DNA of 40,782 bases, from positions 1-40,782 of the IMG/VR virus record IMGVR_UViG_3300044677_000023. One strand, 5' to 3'. The position numbers and the translations under genes are program-made. Shown here in pieces: positions 15,607 to 25,564 of the stretch (positions are counted from its first letter, which is position 1; each line of letters opens with the position of its first letter). Below the pieces are notes generated by a model. It was not told the DNA's origin. It worked only from the letters and a program-made list of their open reading frames with translations, and did not search any database. The DNA is from a virus (Duplodnaviria; Caudoviricetes).

Positions 15607-17632
15607 TCGCCGTCGCCAGCGCGCCCTTGTCGCCGACCGATTCCCCAATTGCCTGGTTCTGCGTTCGCCGTCCCATTGCGTCGACGATCGCTTGAAAATA
15701 TTTATCCCGCTGCGGACCTTGCGCCGAAAGAATGTCGGCGATCTCGCCATAGGATCGCGTCGGGTCGGATCGGGTCAGCGCGTTGAAAGCGGCCTGCGCA
15801 ACCCTTTTGACGCCGGTCACCGCTATTCCGGTCGCCGTCGAATTTGGATTGAACAACGGCGTTTCGGTCGACGGCTCCGGCTTCATGGCGTCTTTCGCCG
15901 CCGTGCGCTGCGCGGTTTGCGAGTTTTCAACCACTTTGTTGAAGGTGTCGCGGAATTTTAGATTGCGATCGACCGTGCCGACCAAATCATCCGCCGCGTC
16001 CGCGCCGTGAACGGTGCCGATCTTCACGGTATTCCATCCGCCTTCGCCTTGCAGTTCGGTCCGCAGCGCCTGCAGGTCGTTCGCCTTGGTGCCCAGCGCC
16101 CTTTCGATATTGCCGCGGCTGCCCTTTGCAAAGGCGATCTGTTCGCCGGGGTCGAGCCGTGAAAACTCATCGGTGAAGCGTTCCGGCGAAGCGGTCGTTT
16201 TGCCAGCGCCGAGATATTTCGTTCCAAGGTCGACGGCTTCGCCACGGCGGGCGAGCGCGGCCGATGCCCGGTTGGCCGCAAGATAGCCGGGGACCTGCGT
16301 TTCCAGCGCGCTGTTCAATTCGCCGCGCAAGTGTTTCAGCGCGCCCTGCTGGCGCTGCAGCGCGCCGGCCGGCACGCCAAGCCCGGGCGCGTCGTATTCA
16401 ATGACGTTGTCGAGCTCGCCTTTGACCTTGTGCAGAATGCTGGCGTCGTTCTCCGAAACCGGAACGTCGCGGAATCGCTCGTTGCCGAGCCGGTCATATT
16501 GTGGATATCCCTCTGCATCGAGCAGCGGCTGCTTTTCCTTTCGCAGCATCATTTCCTTAAGATTGCCCAGCGCCTTGTTTTCCATGCTGCCAACCGGCGA
16601 CGACCTAATCATGCCGTCCAGCTGCAGCAGGATAGGCGCGGTTTCCACCGGCGGCGCTTTGTCGAGCGCGGCCGGATAGTGCAGCGCGTCGACTTCCGCC
16701 CGATGCGCGCGGATCGCGTTGGTGACCGTCTGAGGATCCTCGGCGGGTCCCAGCGCGCGGTTAACGTCGGACATGATCCTTTGATTGGTGCCGGTGTTGC
16801 GATCGGTCAGCATCTTCTGCAGTATCGTCCGGCCTTCATCGCTGGACAATGACGCGCCCTGCGCCTTGCCGAGCATGGCAGGCCCGGTATCCGCCAGCAT
16901 CGCGTCGGGTCCCAGCCGGTCGATCTGCGTCTGCACTGCGGCCGGCGTGTCGGCTTCCATGGCGCTTACAAGGTGGCCGGTGGCCGGCCGCGAAATGCCG
17001 TCCGCTTTACCCCTGATCGCATTGGCGACCTTCTCGACACCGGTCCCGACGACTTTCGCGGCGCCTGGTAGCGTCCCGCCGATCGCAAAGCCGAGCGCCG
17101 AACCAACTGCCGCGTCTTTCGCGGTTTGCGCCGGGTCGGTCCAGTCTTTCGATTCCGCAGCGCCTTGAATGCCGCCGAGCCCAGCGCCGGTCAGTCCGCC
17201 GAGCAGCGACTTGCCGCCAAGTGACAGAGCGCGCGCGGCCGCGCCGAATGCGCCGATAGGCAACGCTGCGCTGCCTACAATGTTGGTTGCCGTCGACGTG
17301 ATCGGGCTGTCATTGTGGAACGCGTCGGTTTCGTTGCGCTGCGCTTCAAGGTTGCCCGAATAGTCGCCGAACTTGCCGCCGATACCGGTCGCGGCGCCTG
17401 CAGCAGCTGCGCCGCGATCCATCAAGCCGAATGTGACGCCGTTTGCGAGCGCCCGAACAATGTCATCCGCGCGTGACATTATCCTGCCGGCCGGTGCCTC
17501 GGTTGGCGCGACCGTCTTTGCGCCGCCATCGAGCTCCGCGAGCAGCCGCGGATCAGTGACGGCCTTTGCCGCGCCCTGGTCCGCCGCTTCAAGCTGCGCC
17601 AGCAATGCGGGATCAGTGACCGGGCCTGCCAT
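15557..17632 (-). CDS. Ejection / DNA transfer protein (P22 gp16 position)
   Basis: 691 aa, Gly/Ala-rich (ANGVTFGLMD) then helical; repeated VTDP.LLA.L at the N-terminus; gene order. Confidence 0.75.
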   Translation of the reverse strand: MAGPVTDPALLAQLEAADQGAAKAVTDPRLLAELDGGAKTVAPTEAPAGRIMSRADDIVRALANGVTFGLMDRGAAAAGAATGIGGKFGDYSGNLEAQRNETDAFHNDSPITSTATNIVGSAALPIGAFGAAARALSLGGKSLLGGLTGAGLGGIQGAAESKDWTDPAQTAKDAAVGSALGFAIGGTLPGAAKVVGTGVEKVANAIRGKADGISRPATGHLVSAMEADTPAAVQTQIDRLGPDAMLADTGPAMLGKAQGASLSSDEGRTILQKMLTDRNTGTNQRIMSDVNRALGPAEDPQTVTNAIRAHRAEVDALHYPAALDKAPPVETAPILLQLDGMIRSSPVGSMENKALGNLKEMMLRKEKQPLLDAEGYPQYDRLGNERFRDVPVSENDASILHKVKGELDNVIEYDAPGLGVPAGALQRQQGALKHLRGELNSALETQVPGYLAANRASAALARRGEAVDLGTKYLGAGKTTASPERFTDEFSRLDPGEQIAFAKGSRGNIERALGTKANDLQALRTELQGEGGWNTVKIGTVHGADAADDLVGTVDRNLKFRDTFNKVVENSQTAQRTAAKDAMKPEPSTETPLFNPNSTATGIAVTGVKRVAQAAFNALTRSDPTRSYGEIADILSAQGPQRDKYFQAIVDAMGRRTQNQAIGESVGDKGALATAIIANAMMRDRRQTQQQ

Positions 17633-19833
17633 TACAGCGCTTTCTCAAACCAGTTGCCGTCCTGCTTGACGTAGGTTTTGCCGCCGATCACTTTTTCCGT
17701 TGGTCCCGGGGTTGCGGGTTTCAGCGGCGCGGCGCTCGCCTCCAGCCGCGACGCGACCGCAGCGTCCGCAACCGGCGTCATGCCGTCCTGCCCCTGACGA
17801 TACCAGGAGTATCCGCCCTTTGCGGTCGACGGCAATTTGACGAATTGCGAGCCGTCGCCTTGCGGCACCGGTGGCGCGACGCTGAAACTCGAAAGCGGGC
17901 GCGGGTTGGCGTGCAGATCGGCGTTCCATTGCTTTTGGAAACCGTCAAGGCTGTGATTATTATTGCGCCAAAAATCCTCCTGCGCCTGCAGAAAATCGCG
18001 CTTGATCGCGATGCCCTGCCGGTTCACGTCGAGCAGATACTTGTTGCCGGCGTCGCTGGTTTCCAGCCCGGGATTTGCGCGCTGTGCCATATCAAATTCG
18101 ACCTTGAGCACACGGCTGCCGCCGATCGCCTTCGCCATGTCGCCGGCCGCTTTGATGCCGCCCTTGTTGAAGGTTTCAAGGCTGGTCGTCTTGGTCGGAT
18201 CGCTGCCAAGGTCGATGCCCCAATTCTGCGCGATGTAGTCTTTCGTTCGCGCCCAATCCAAGCCGAGTTTGCCAAGCTCGCCACCGGTCGGCAACTTGCC
18301 GCCGTTGCGGTCGATCGCCGCCTGCATCAGCTGGAAATTGCGATCGGCGTCGTCGAGCGCAGGCATCAAATCGTTCTGGCCCTTGCGAACGGTTTCGGCG
18401 TCCAGCTTGCTTGCTTCCTCGAGCCCCTTCTTTTCGCCGCCGATCGTGTTGGTGATATTGGTCGCGCCGGCCCGCGCCTTTGCGGTCGACCACGTATCGT
18501 AACCCATCGGCGCCGGCCGTTCCGGCGTCGGGACGAAGTTCTTCGTATAATAATTGTATTCCGAAACGCTGGTCGGCGCCTTGTCCGCGGCCGAAAGAAC
18601 CGTGACCTTGCCCGTGGCGTCGCGCTGCACAAGGTTGCCGTCCGTGTCGCGGCTTGGCGGCGAGAAAGTCGGATCGCGTTTCAGCGCGATCGTGCGCTGC
18701 CCCGTGGTTCGGTTCACGTCCCAAATGTTGCCCTGCGCGTCGGACTCCTGCGCGTGAACGTCATGCGGCTTGATCTGCGCGGCGAGCCCGGCCGCCATGC
18801 TGGGCGGCGTGAACGGGTTCGATAGCGCTCGAACGATCGCATCCACGCCTGGCCTGCCCGCAGCCGGCGCGCTGGTTGGCGCCGGCATGGCCTGCGCGAC
18901 GGTTTGAACGCCAGGTGATACGGCGGGCGCGTCCTGACCGGGAATAAGAAAGCCTTGCGCCGGGCGCGCTGCAGTCGGAATTGCGGCGGGGTCGGCAGAC
19001 GCGACCTGAACACCGCGCGCGGCCGGTGCATCATCGGGCGAATAGAAAACATGATCGCCAATCTTGGTGCCGTCACCCTGCGCCCAACTTGGCATAGGCC
19101 GCCCGAGTGCAGCCTGCGCCGCCGGTGCGACGAAGTGCGTCGCGCCTTCCGTCGGGTCGTCGCCGAAATAGGCCGCGTCCAGCGCCTTGCCAGCGCTCGC
19201 ATAGCGGGGATCGTTGGCCGGAATCGCCGCCATCTTGTCGCGGCCCGCCGCCGTATTCCATGGCTCAAAGGCGTTCGGCTTTTGAATGACGCCGGGGAGA
19301 GTATCGCCACCATAACCGCCATCGACGGCGCGGTTGCGCATGACGGCGGCGACGCCGGTCTGTCCGGCAAATGGCTGATTCCCGGCCTCGGCTACAATGG
19401 TCCGGATGGCCTGATCGCGGGCGGCACCGGACGGCGGGTCAAGCGGGCTTGGCTCATCGTTGCTGTAAATCTTGCCCGGCTCGGTATCCGCCACAACGGG
19501 CGCGGCCGGGCCTGCAGCGTTCACTGGCGCGGCCGCAACCGTCCCAGCGCCTGCCGGGTCCAGCTGCGCGCCCTTGTAAGCCGCCACGGCGCCGGCGATG
19601 GCGTCACGGGTTGCGGCCGCCTGGTCATCATCCGCCTTGCCGGCCTGATAGGTGCCGACCAGCGACTGCGCGACGCGGTTGATGCCCTGCCATGGCGACC
19701 TGATCGGGCTGGTATCCATGCCCTGCTGCATCATCGCTTCCGCGATCCTGCGCTGCGCTGCCAGCCGGCCCGGGGTTACCTGTTCGCCACCGCCGCCCCA
19801 AACGAAAGGCGCGGCCGTTTCAGTTTCCAACAT
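17632..19833 (-). CDS. Ejection protein with SleB/Hydrolase_2 cell-wall hydrolase domain
   Basis: RTIVAEAGNQ..GVAAVMRNR..QKPNAFEPWN..DPTEGATHF..IGDHVFY. Confidence 0.85.
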   Translation of the reverse strand: MLETETAAPFVWGGGGEQVTPGRLAAQRRIAEAMMQQGMDTSPIRSPWQGINRVAQSLVGTYQAGKADDDQAAATRDAIAGAVAAYKGAQLDPAGAGTVAAAPVNAAGPAAPVVADTEPGKIYSNDEPSPLDPPSGAARDQAIRTIVAEAGNQPFAGQTGVAAVMRNRAVDGGYGGDTLPGVIQKPNAFEPWNTAAGRDKMAAIPANDPRYASAGKALDAAYFGDDPTEGATHFVAPAAQAALGRPMPSWAQGDGTKIGDHVFYSPDDAPAARGVQVASADPAAIPTAARPAQGFLIPGQDAPAVSPGVQTVAQAMPAPTSAPAAGRPGVDAIVRALSNPFTPPSMAAGLAAQIKPHDVHAQESDAQGNIWDVNRTTGQRTIALKRDPTFSPPSRDTDGNLVQRDATGKVTVLSAADKAPTSVSEYNYYTKNFVPTPERPAPMGYDTWSTAKARAGATNITNTIGGEKKGLEEASKLDAETVRKGQNDLMPALDDADRNFQLMQAAIDRNGGKLPTGGELGKLGLDWARTKDYIAQNWGIDLGSDPTKTTSLETFNKGGIKAAGDMAKAIGGSRVLKVEFDMAQRANPGLETSDAGNKYLLDVNRQGIAIKRDFLQAQEDFWRNNNHSLDGFQKQWNADLHANPRPLSSFSVAPPVPQGDGSQFVKLPSTAKGGYSWYRQGQDGMTPVADAAVASRLEASAAPLKPATPGPTEKVIGGKTYVKQDGNWFEKAL

Positions 19834-20873
19834 CAAGCCGCCTCCAGCATTGAATAGTCCACCATATCGAAGCCGCTCGGATGCATCGCGACCGCGGCCG
19901 GGAGGATCCTGCGAACCTCATCCGCCATCACGCCCTGCCGGCGCTCGCCGAAAATATCGTATTCATACCAGGGCAGGCCGTGGCGCGTGACGCCGATCTG
20001 CACCACGTTCGATTTCAGCCGCCGATCGGACATCAGCATCAGCGGCGCGGCGGGCTTCAAGAAACTGAGGCCGGCCGAACCAAGCGTTCCGGCAAGGCCA
20101 AACATGCCGCCCATCTGCGCATTCTGCTGCTGCATGTTGGTATTGTACTGTTGCGTTTGCGCGTTGAAATTGTTGTTCACCATGCCGCCGTAGTCGACGC
20201 CGGCAACGCTGGACGTCGGCGTGCTGGAGAAAGCCGGATTCGAAACCTGCGATCCGGACATGAGCGCGGTGATCTCGTTGATCGGCTGGTTACGTTCGGT
20301 CAGCGCCTCTTGCGTGCCTTGCTGGCGGCCGGACAAATAAAGCTGGTTGAAGGCGTCGTTTTTGCTGTTGCCGAAATTCGTCATTTCAGCATTCCACGCC
20401 GCCGAGCCGGGTTGAATGCCCTTATTGGCGAGACTGGTCCGCAGCGCGTCCTCACTCTTGGCGAATTGAGGATCCAGGCGTTTGGCGCCCATCGCGTCGA
20501 TCTTATCTTCCGTCGCCGTGTTCAAATTGATATTGGTGCCGAGAAGATCGCCGATCTTCGCCGACTGATCGACGCCGATGTTTCCGAGGTTGGTCTTGGT
20601 CCTGTTGGTCAGGTCGAGCAACGCCTGCTCTGCCGGCGATAGCGTCGTGGTCGCCGTGAACCGCGGCACCGAATGCACCTTGCCATCGGCGCCGGTGTAA
20701 GTGCTGGTCCCGGTCTGGTCATATTTGAGCGAGCCGGTCGGCGTGGTCTGGTCCGTCATATTCAGGAGTTGCTGCGTCGTGGCAGTGTCCTGGTTCATTT
20801 CGCCTTGTACCTTGGCGGTTGCCGCGGGATCAGGCGCAACGGGCTGTTGAACGTCAGGTTTGAAAATGCTCAT
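19833..20873 (-). CDS. Virion/ejection protein with C-terminal peptidase S74 chaperone domain
   Basis: SDRRLKSNV...GVMADEV..ILPAAV...GFDMVDY. Confidence 0.8.
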   Translation of the reverse strand: MSIFKPDVQQPVAPDPAATAKVQGEMNQDTATTQQLLNMTDQTTPTGSLKYDQTGTSTYTGADGKVHSVPRFTATTTLSPAEQALLDLTNRTKTNLGNIGVDQSAKIGDLLGTNINLNTATEDKIDAMGAKRLDPQFAKSEDALRTSLANKGIQPGSAAWNAEMTNFGNSKNDAFNQLYLSGRQQGTQEALTERNQPINEITALMSGSQVSNPAFSSTPTSSVAGVDYGGMVNNNFNAQTQQYNTNMQQQNAQMGGMFGLAGTLGSAGLSFLKPAAPLMLMSDRRLKSNVVQIGVTRHGLPWYEYDIFGERRQGVMADEVRRILPAAVAMHPSGFDMVDYSMLEAA

Positions 20874-21259
20874 TTGAACTTCCATTCCGAGCGAAGCACG
20901 CCCAGCAAGGTTGCGTCCCTGCCGACGCCGAAACCATCACGCTTAATGCCCTCGACTTTCGCGCCGAGCCGTAACGCCAATTCGACAACGCGCGGCTGAT
21001 CCGTCGTCATTGACAGCCTGCAGCTGCCGAGTTGGTCAAAAACATAGCGGCCGATCGACCGCACGAAAGCCGGCGTGAATGCTTCGAGATTGCCGACCAC
21101 CATCACGTCGCAATCCGCGCCGTTGAAATTCCGGAAGATCGCGCCCGCGACGATCTCGCCGTTTCGTTCGACGCCCATCGCAGTGAACGGCGGAATCACA
21201 ACCTGCTCGTTTCGTTGACCGACAAACAGAGCGACGCGGTTGTCCGTGACGATTGTCAT
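20870..21259 (-). CDS. GNAT-fold virion assembly protein (P22 gp14 position)
   Basis: YVFDQLGSCRL...RLGAKVEGIKRDGFG...LGVLRSEW; ATG at 21259. Confidence 0.75.
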   Translation of the reverse strand: MTIVTDNRVALFVGQRNEQVVIPPFTAMGVERNGEIVAGAIFRNFNGADCDVMVVGNLEAFTPAFVRSIGRYVFDQLGSCRLSMTTDQPRVVELALRLGAKVEGIKRDGFGVGRDATLLGVLRSEWKFK

Positions 21260-22863
21260 GTGACGATATCGCCCATGTCGTAGGTCATTTCGACCTGGAC
21301 CAACTCGACGTCCGCTGGCGCAAGGCTCCCGCTTGTGATCTGGATCGCCGGGGCGATCGAGCAACCGCTGCCGCCGACCGATTGCCACTCGCGGTAAATG
21401 TTGGGCTCTTCGGATATGCCCCATGTGCTTTCATTCCACAGTGCGCCGCCCCATACGCCCGCATCCGAAATAACAGCCGGTGCCGGCGACGGCGGCAGGT
21501 TGACGGTGAAATCACTCTGCAGCGAAAGCCGCGGTAAAACCGGTGCGGGCGCTTTGATCGTGGCGCGCATCAGCAGCGATGTTTTCATATTCAGCGGCGT
21601 CTTGAGCGGGTCGAACTGCGGCACGCAAACCGACGTGAACGAAACGCCGTTGTCGGTCCCGGTCACTTCCGCCTCGATGATCTTGCCGCCCGTCGATCCG
21701 AAGAAAAGCCGGTCGCCGAACAGCTGCAGGCACGTCCCGTTCCAGCCGGTATAGGGCGCCCACGCGCCGGTCCGCGCATTGGCGGCAAACATCTGCGGCG
21801 TTTCGTCGATCGTCGGCGGGGCCACCAGCACCATTTGCTTTGTCGGCCAAACCTCGCAAGCCCAAGGGCGGGCGGACCGCGACGCAACCGCGTCATTCCA
21901 TGCGGTTTCGATCGGATAGGAAACCGCCGACGGCGACAACGCGGAATAGTCGCGCTGGATCGCCGCAGACAACGGCACGAATCCGATATCGGTCGCAATG
22001 ACCAGGTCACCACCGGCGCGGATATGCGCCTTTGCGCCGAGCGGCTTTCCAATCCGGTACACGCCGACCTTTGACCAATTGACCGCGACGCTGGGATCAG
22101 TCCCCTGGTAGATCGCGGCTTCGCCTTCCGTGGTGACAAAGACGCATTGCTCCGACAACCCGCTGCCACCGGATTCGAGCGACCAGGACGATCCGAACAA
22201 CAGTGAGCCGCCGCGCGGAAACACGCCGCCCAGCGGCAACTCCACCACCGCACCACCGATGCTATCGGCCGGCAGGTAGTACGCACTCAGCGAGTCCTGC
22301 TTGATGAAAAAAATGCGGCGTTGGTGCGACCAGACATAGGACAGGGCTCGGGGGTCGACGCCCGTTATCGCCGGCGCCGTCGACCAGTTCGTCCCGTCGA
22401 ATACCTGCGGCGTGTCGACGCCGTTCACGGCGCGCAGGAATACGCCGCCCGGGGTCGCGAACTGAACAGCTGACCAAAACCCGCTGTTGAGATTGCCGAC
22501 GGCCGGCGCGACCACTGCGCCCGATCCGGTGATATCGTAAAGTGCTGCGGATGTGGCAGCGAACAACCTCGCATTGTTGCCGTTCACATAGGAAAACATC
22601 GAAACAGTATCGAGCGAGCCGTTTCCGATCGTGGCAAAATCCAGCGAGCCGCGGCGCATCCGGATTCCGGTAGCGGTCGGAAACCAGTTTTCCAGCACAT
22701 GAGCGCCGTTGACCTTTGAGCCGTCCGGCTTTCGCGCGCCGGGCGTGGCTAGGTTCTGGTTTCGAATCCATCCACCGACCGGCGCCGGGAAGTTCGCTGG
22801 CTTCGCTATTCGCGGCTTCGGTTCTGATCGCGCGGCGGGCTTGCGTAGCGCGGTGCGCATCAT
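21256..22863 (-). CDS. Tail nozzle / tubular protein B (P22 gp10-like)
   Basis: 535 aa, beta-rich, FPAPVGGW and LENWFPT motifs; gene order. Confidence 0.75.
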   Translation of the reverse strand: MMRTALRKPAARSEPKPRIAKPANFPAPVGGWIRNQNLATPGARKPDGSKVNGAHVLENWFPTATGIRMRRGSLDFATIGNGSLDTVSMFSYVNGNNARLFAATSAALYDITGSGAVVAPAVGNLNSGFWSAVQFATPGGVFLRAVNGVDTPQVFDGTNWSTAPAITGVDPRALSYVWSHQRRIFFIKQDSLSAYYLPADSIGGAVVELPLGGVFPRGGSLLFGSSWSLESGGSGLSEQCVFVTTEGEAAIYQGTDPSVAVNWSKVGVYRIGKPLGAKAHIRAGGDLVIATDIGFVPLSAAIQRDYSALSPSAVSYPIETAWNDAVASRSARPWACEVWPTKQMVLVAPPTIDETPQMFAANARTGAWAPYTGWNGTCLQLFGDRLFFGSTGGKIIEAEVTGTDNGVSFTSVCVPQFDPLKTPLNMKTSLLMRATIKAPAPVLPRLSLQSDFTVNLPPSPAPAVISDAGVWGGALWNESTWGISEEPNIYREWQSVGGSGCSIAPAIQITSGSLAPADVELVQVEMTYDMGDIVT

Positions 22864-23657
22864 ACGTTGATCCGCCCAGGAAAGACCGGCTGACCGGCGT
22901 CTATCCGATTGCGCTGCCTGCCGACCACGAGAATGCGGGCGCCCTTGTCAGTCCCGGCCGCGGTCGCCAGCGCCGTTTCGTAATTGGTCAAATCTTCCGC
23001 GTATTCCATCCGCTTCTGCGCGCGCCAGCGCCAAATCAGGCTGAGGGTCAAGAGCCGTTCGGGCAAAACGAAAACGTCGTTATCATCGGTAAAGGCCGGC
23101 TTGCTGAGAAACGGCACACCGTCCGACAGTTCGTCGGCGTGCTCATCTGACAGATGGTTGCCGTCCTCATCGATCAGGATATTTCCGCTGCCTCCCGCCA
23201 GCAGCGCGGCGCTATCGGCAATAATATTGTTGCTGATATAGTAATAGCTGGCCTGTTCGCCGGTCGGCATCGGCGGAAAAATCTGCAACTGTCCACTAAG
23301 GATGATCCACGCGCCGGGCGCACCGAGCGGCGTCGTCTGCTGCAAATAAATCCACTCGTTTTCATCGTCGACCTTGCGGAACGACCGGCCGCGCCAATTG
23401 AGCGAATGGACTTCACCGTCTTTCAACATGCGGCCATAATCGGCCGCCAGATCGAACGCGACCGTTAGTCCGTCGCCGGCGTGCGTCTGCAACACCTTGA
23501 GTTTTTGCCAGTCGTAATACTCGGCGATATCGGTCGCGGCTTCGGTCGCGAGCTCGCCGAGCTCAAGGCCGAAACTGTCATCATTGGAAAACAGGCTGGC
23601 CGGCCGGCGTGCCAGCAGCCTGATTCCTGCCGATTGCGCCGCGCTGAGAACGGTCAC
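22860..23657 (-). CDS. Head-tail adaptor / tubular protein A
   Basis: YDWQKL, PERLLTLSLIWRW and YAED motifs; lies upstream of the nozzle gene. Confidence 0.7.
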   Translation of the reverse strand: MTVLSAAQSAGIRLLARRPASLFSNDDSFGLELGELATEAATDIAEYYDWQKLKVLQTHAGDGLTVAFDLAADYGRMLKDGEVHSLNWRGRSFRKVDDENEWIYLQQTTPLGAPGAWIILSGQLQIFPPMPTGEQASYYYISNNIIADSAALLAGGSGNILIDEDGNHLSDEHADELSDGVPFLSKPAFTDDNDVFVLPERLLTLSLIWRWRAQKRMEYAEDLTNYETALATAAGTDKGARILVVGRQRNRIDAGQPVFPGRINV

Positions 23658-23663
23658 GCGGGC

Positions 23664-24032
23664 TTACTTCTTTGCCTTGGCGCGGGCCTTCTTCTTTGCG
23701 GCAGGCTGCTTTGCCTTTTTCGCCGGTGCTTGTTTCTTCGGCGCCTTGGCTTTGGCCTTCGGTTCGGTCTCCTTTGCTGGGAGGTTGCGCGCCGCCAGTT
23801 GCGGCGCGTCGCCAGCAGCGGCACGGGTCGCCAACTCCGACGGCTGCTGGGCGCCGCCCTTGAAGGCGTCAAACGCCACCTTGTAGCGTTCTGCCCAGGT
23901 CTGCGCCGGGACCGAGCCGGCGATAACCTCGTGAGCGGGGAACACGCCGAAATTTCCGGGGGACAATTGAACCTCGATAACCTCGTTAACGAGGCCGTCG
24001 TGTTTTCGGAACGTTACCTTGTCGATGTCCAT
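23664..24032 (-). CDS. Hypothetical protein with Lys/Ala-rich tail; paralogue of the neighbouring gene
   Basis: GGAG SD, ATG at 24032; ends KAKAKAPKKQAPAKKAKQPAAKKKARAKAKK. Confidence 0.75.
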   Translation of the reverse strand: MDIDKVTFRKHDGLVNEVIEVQLSPGNFGVFPAHEVIAGSVPAQTWAERYKVAFDAFKGGAQQPSELATRAAAGDAPQLAARNLPAKETEPKAKAKAPKKQAPAKKAKQPAAKKKARAKAKK

Positions 24033-24060
24033 GGCCTTCTCTCCGCTGAATGTGCCGGCG

Positions 24061-24819
24061 TCAATCGCCGACGGGTTCGGTTTCTTTGGTCGCCAGTTCG
24101 GCCGCGCGCGCGAGCAGCGTTTCGCGGCTGATATTGCCGCGTACCGGTTCACCGGTCTTTTCCTTGATGAAGGCTTTCAGCTCGGCGTCGCTGCATTCCT
24201 CCAGCGGCTTTTCGATCTTCGGCGTCACTTCCTTGCCGTCCGCTGCAGCGCCGCCGATAGGATGCTGCCCCTGCGACTGCTGCGCCTGCATTCCCTCGAT
24301 CATCTGCCGCAGCCGCTCGATTTCGAGCGCCATCGACGTTACCTTGGCGCTGCCGTTCGCATTGTCGAGATACGCCTGCGCCTGCGTCTTAAACTCGCGG
24401 CCGCCGACGCCGAGCGTCTTGAGGTTTGCACCATCCAGGCCGGCCAGCTGTTCGGCCGTGTGAATGTTGAGCGCGCGCAGTTCCATGCGCTTGCCTTCGG
24501 TCAGGAAAGGCAGGTCCGCAAGCGTGGTGCCGGCGACGGTCTGCGGCAATGACGATTTGAACTGCGCGTATTGTGCGGAAAAGGCCTGCTTGTAAGTAAT
24601 CGGGTGCTTCAATTCGCGCGTGCTGTTCGGCTCGACTTCATCGGCCGGGAAGCAACCCCAAACCCGGTTTTCACCGGGGAAACGAATGTCGCAAACCTCA
24701 AGGTCGTCATAAATCGGGCGGCCTGCCGTTTGCGTCTTGCCTTCAATCAACATCTGATGATTGCGAAACGTGACAATGATCTTCTTGTCGTTTTCGCTCT
24801 TCATTTCGACCTGTGGCAT
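24061..24819 (-). CDS. Conserved phage protein (HhH-like core, small C-terminal helical domain)
   Basis: GRPIYDDLE..., LRALNIHTAEQLAGL; position after the capsid genes. Confidence 0.75.
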   Translation of the reverse strand: MPQVEMKSENDKKIIVTFRNHQMLIEGKTQTAGRPIYDDLEVCDIRFPGENRVWGCFPADEVEPNSTRELKHPITYKQAFSAQYAQFKSSLPQTVAGTTLADLPFLTEGKRMELRALNIHTAEQLAGLDGANLKTLGVGGREFKTQAQAYLDNANGSAKVTSMALEIERLRQMIEGMQAQQSQGQHPIGGAAADGKEVTPKIEKPLEECSDAELKAFIKEKTGEPVRGNISRETLLARAAELATKETEPVGD

Positions 24820-24944
24820 GGTTCAAATTCCTGAGAGAGGGTGCAAGAGGGGAAAAGTATTGTCCGCGATCCGGATAATACTTTCAGCAATGCCGCCGCG
24901 GTCCTGATCTGGCACCGCGGCGGGTCGTGAGTTCGATCAGGGGC

Positions 24945-25466
24945 TTAAACGATCTGGCCCTGCAGCGACGGGCGGTCGATCTGGATCATGCCGAAACCAG
25001 CGGATGGCGTGCCCGTGGTGGTCGACACGATCGCATTGATGATCTGCTCGCCATTCACCTGCGCGTCGTCCACGCTGCCCGGCGTCGCCGCCAGCATGAA
25101 CACGGCCGCGCCAGGTGTCATCGCGTTCGGCGCCTGAACAACGGCCGCGCCGCTGATCTGATACCAGCCATATTGGCTGGCGACGTTCGCCGACATGGCG
25201 ACCGCTACCGGACCATTGCCGCCCGTTGCCGGCGCGATCGTGGTCGTTTTCAGGAATTGGTCATAGGTGACCACCATCCCGAGCAGCGTCCCCGCGACGC
25301 CCTTAAGGTAGATAAACTCCCCCTCGCCATAGGTCGGATCATAGGCGCGGGCAATTTCGCCCAAACGGCCCGGCGTGCTGCGGCCTGCAGCCGCCGTTCC
25401 GGGATCGGCGAGCGTGGATGCGATCGGCGGGCGACCGACGCGCGAATCTGAGAAAACGTAACCCAT
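24945..25466 (-). CDS. Capsid decoration / cement protein candidate
   Basis: GEGEFIYLKG, YGWYQISG; immediately downstream of the major capsid gene. Confidence 0.65.
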   Translation of the reverse strand: MGYVFSDSRVGRPPIASTLADPGTAAAGRSTPGRLGEIARAYDPTYGEGEFIYLKGVAGTLLGMVVTYDQFLKTTTIAPATGGNGPVAVAMSANVASQYGWYQISGAAVVQAPNAMTPGAAVFMLAATPGSVDDAQVNGEQIINAIVSTTTGTPSAGFGMIQIDRPSLQGQIV

Positions 25467-25564
25467 AGTCGGCTCCTTTTGAATGACGGGGAATAGCGAA
25501 GCAAAGCAACGGGCGGTCCGCAGCGGATGGTTTCGCGGCGGACCGCCACGGCGTCAGGAGGGCA

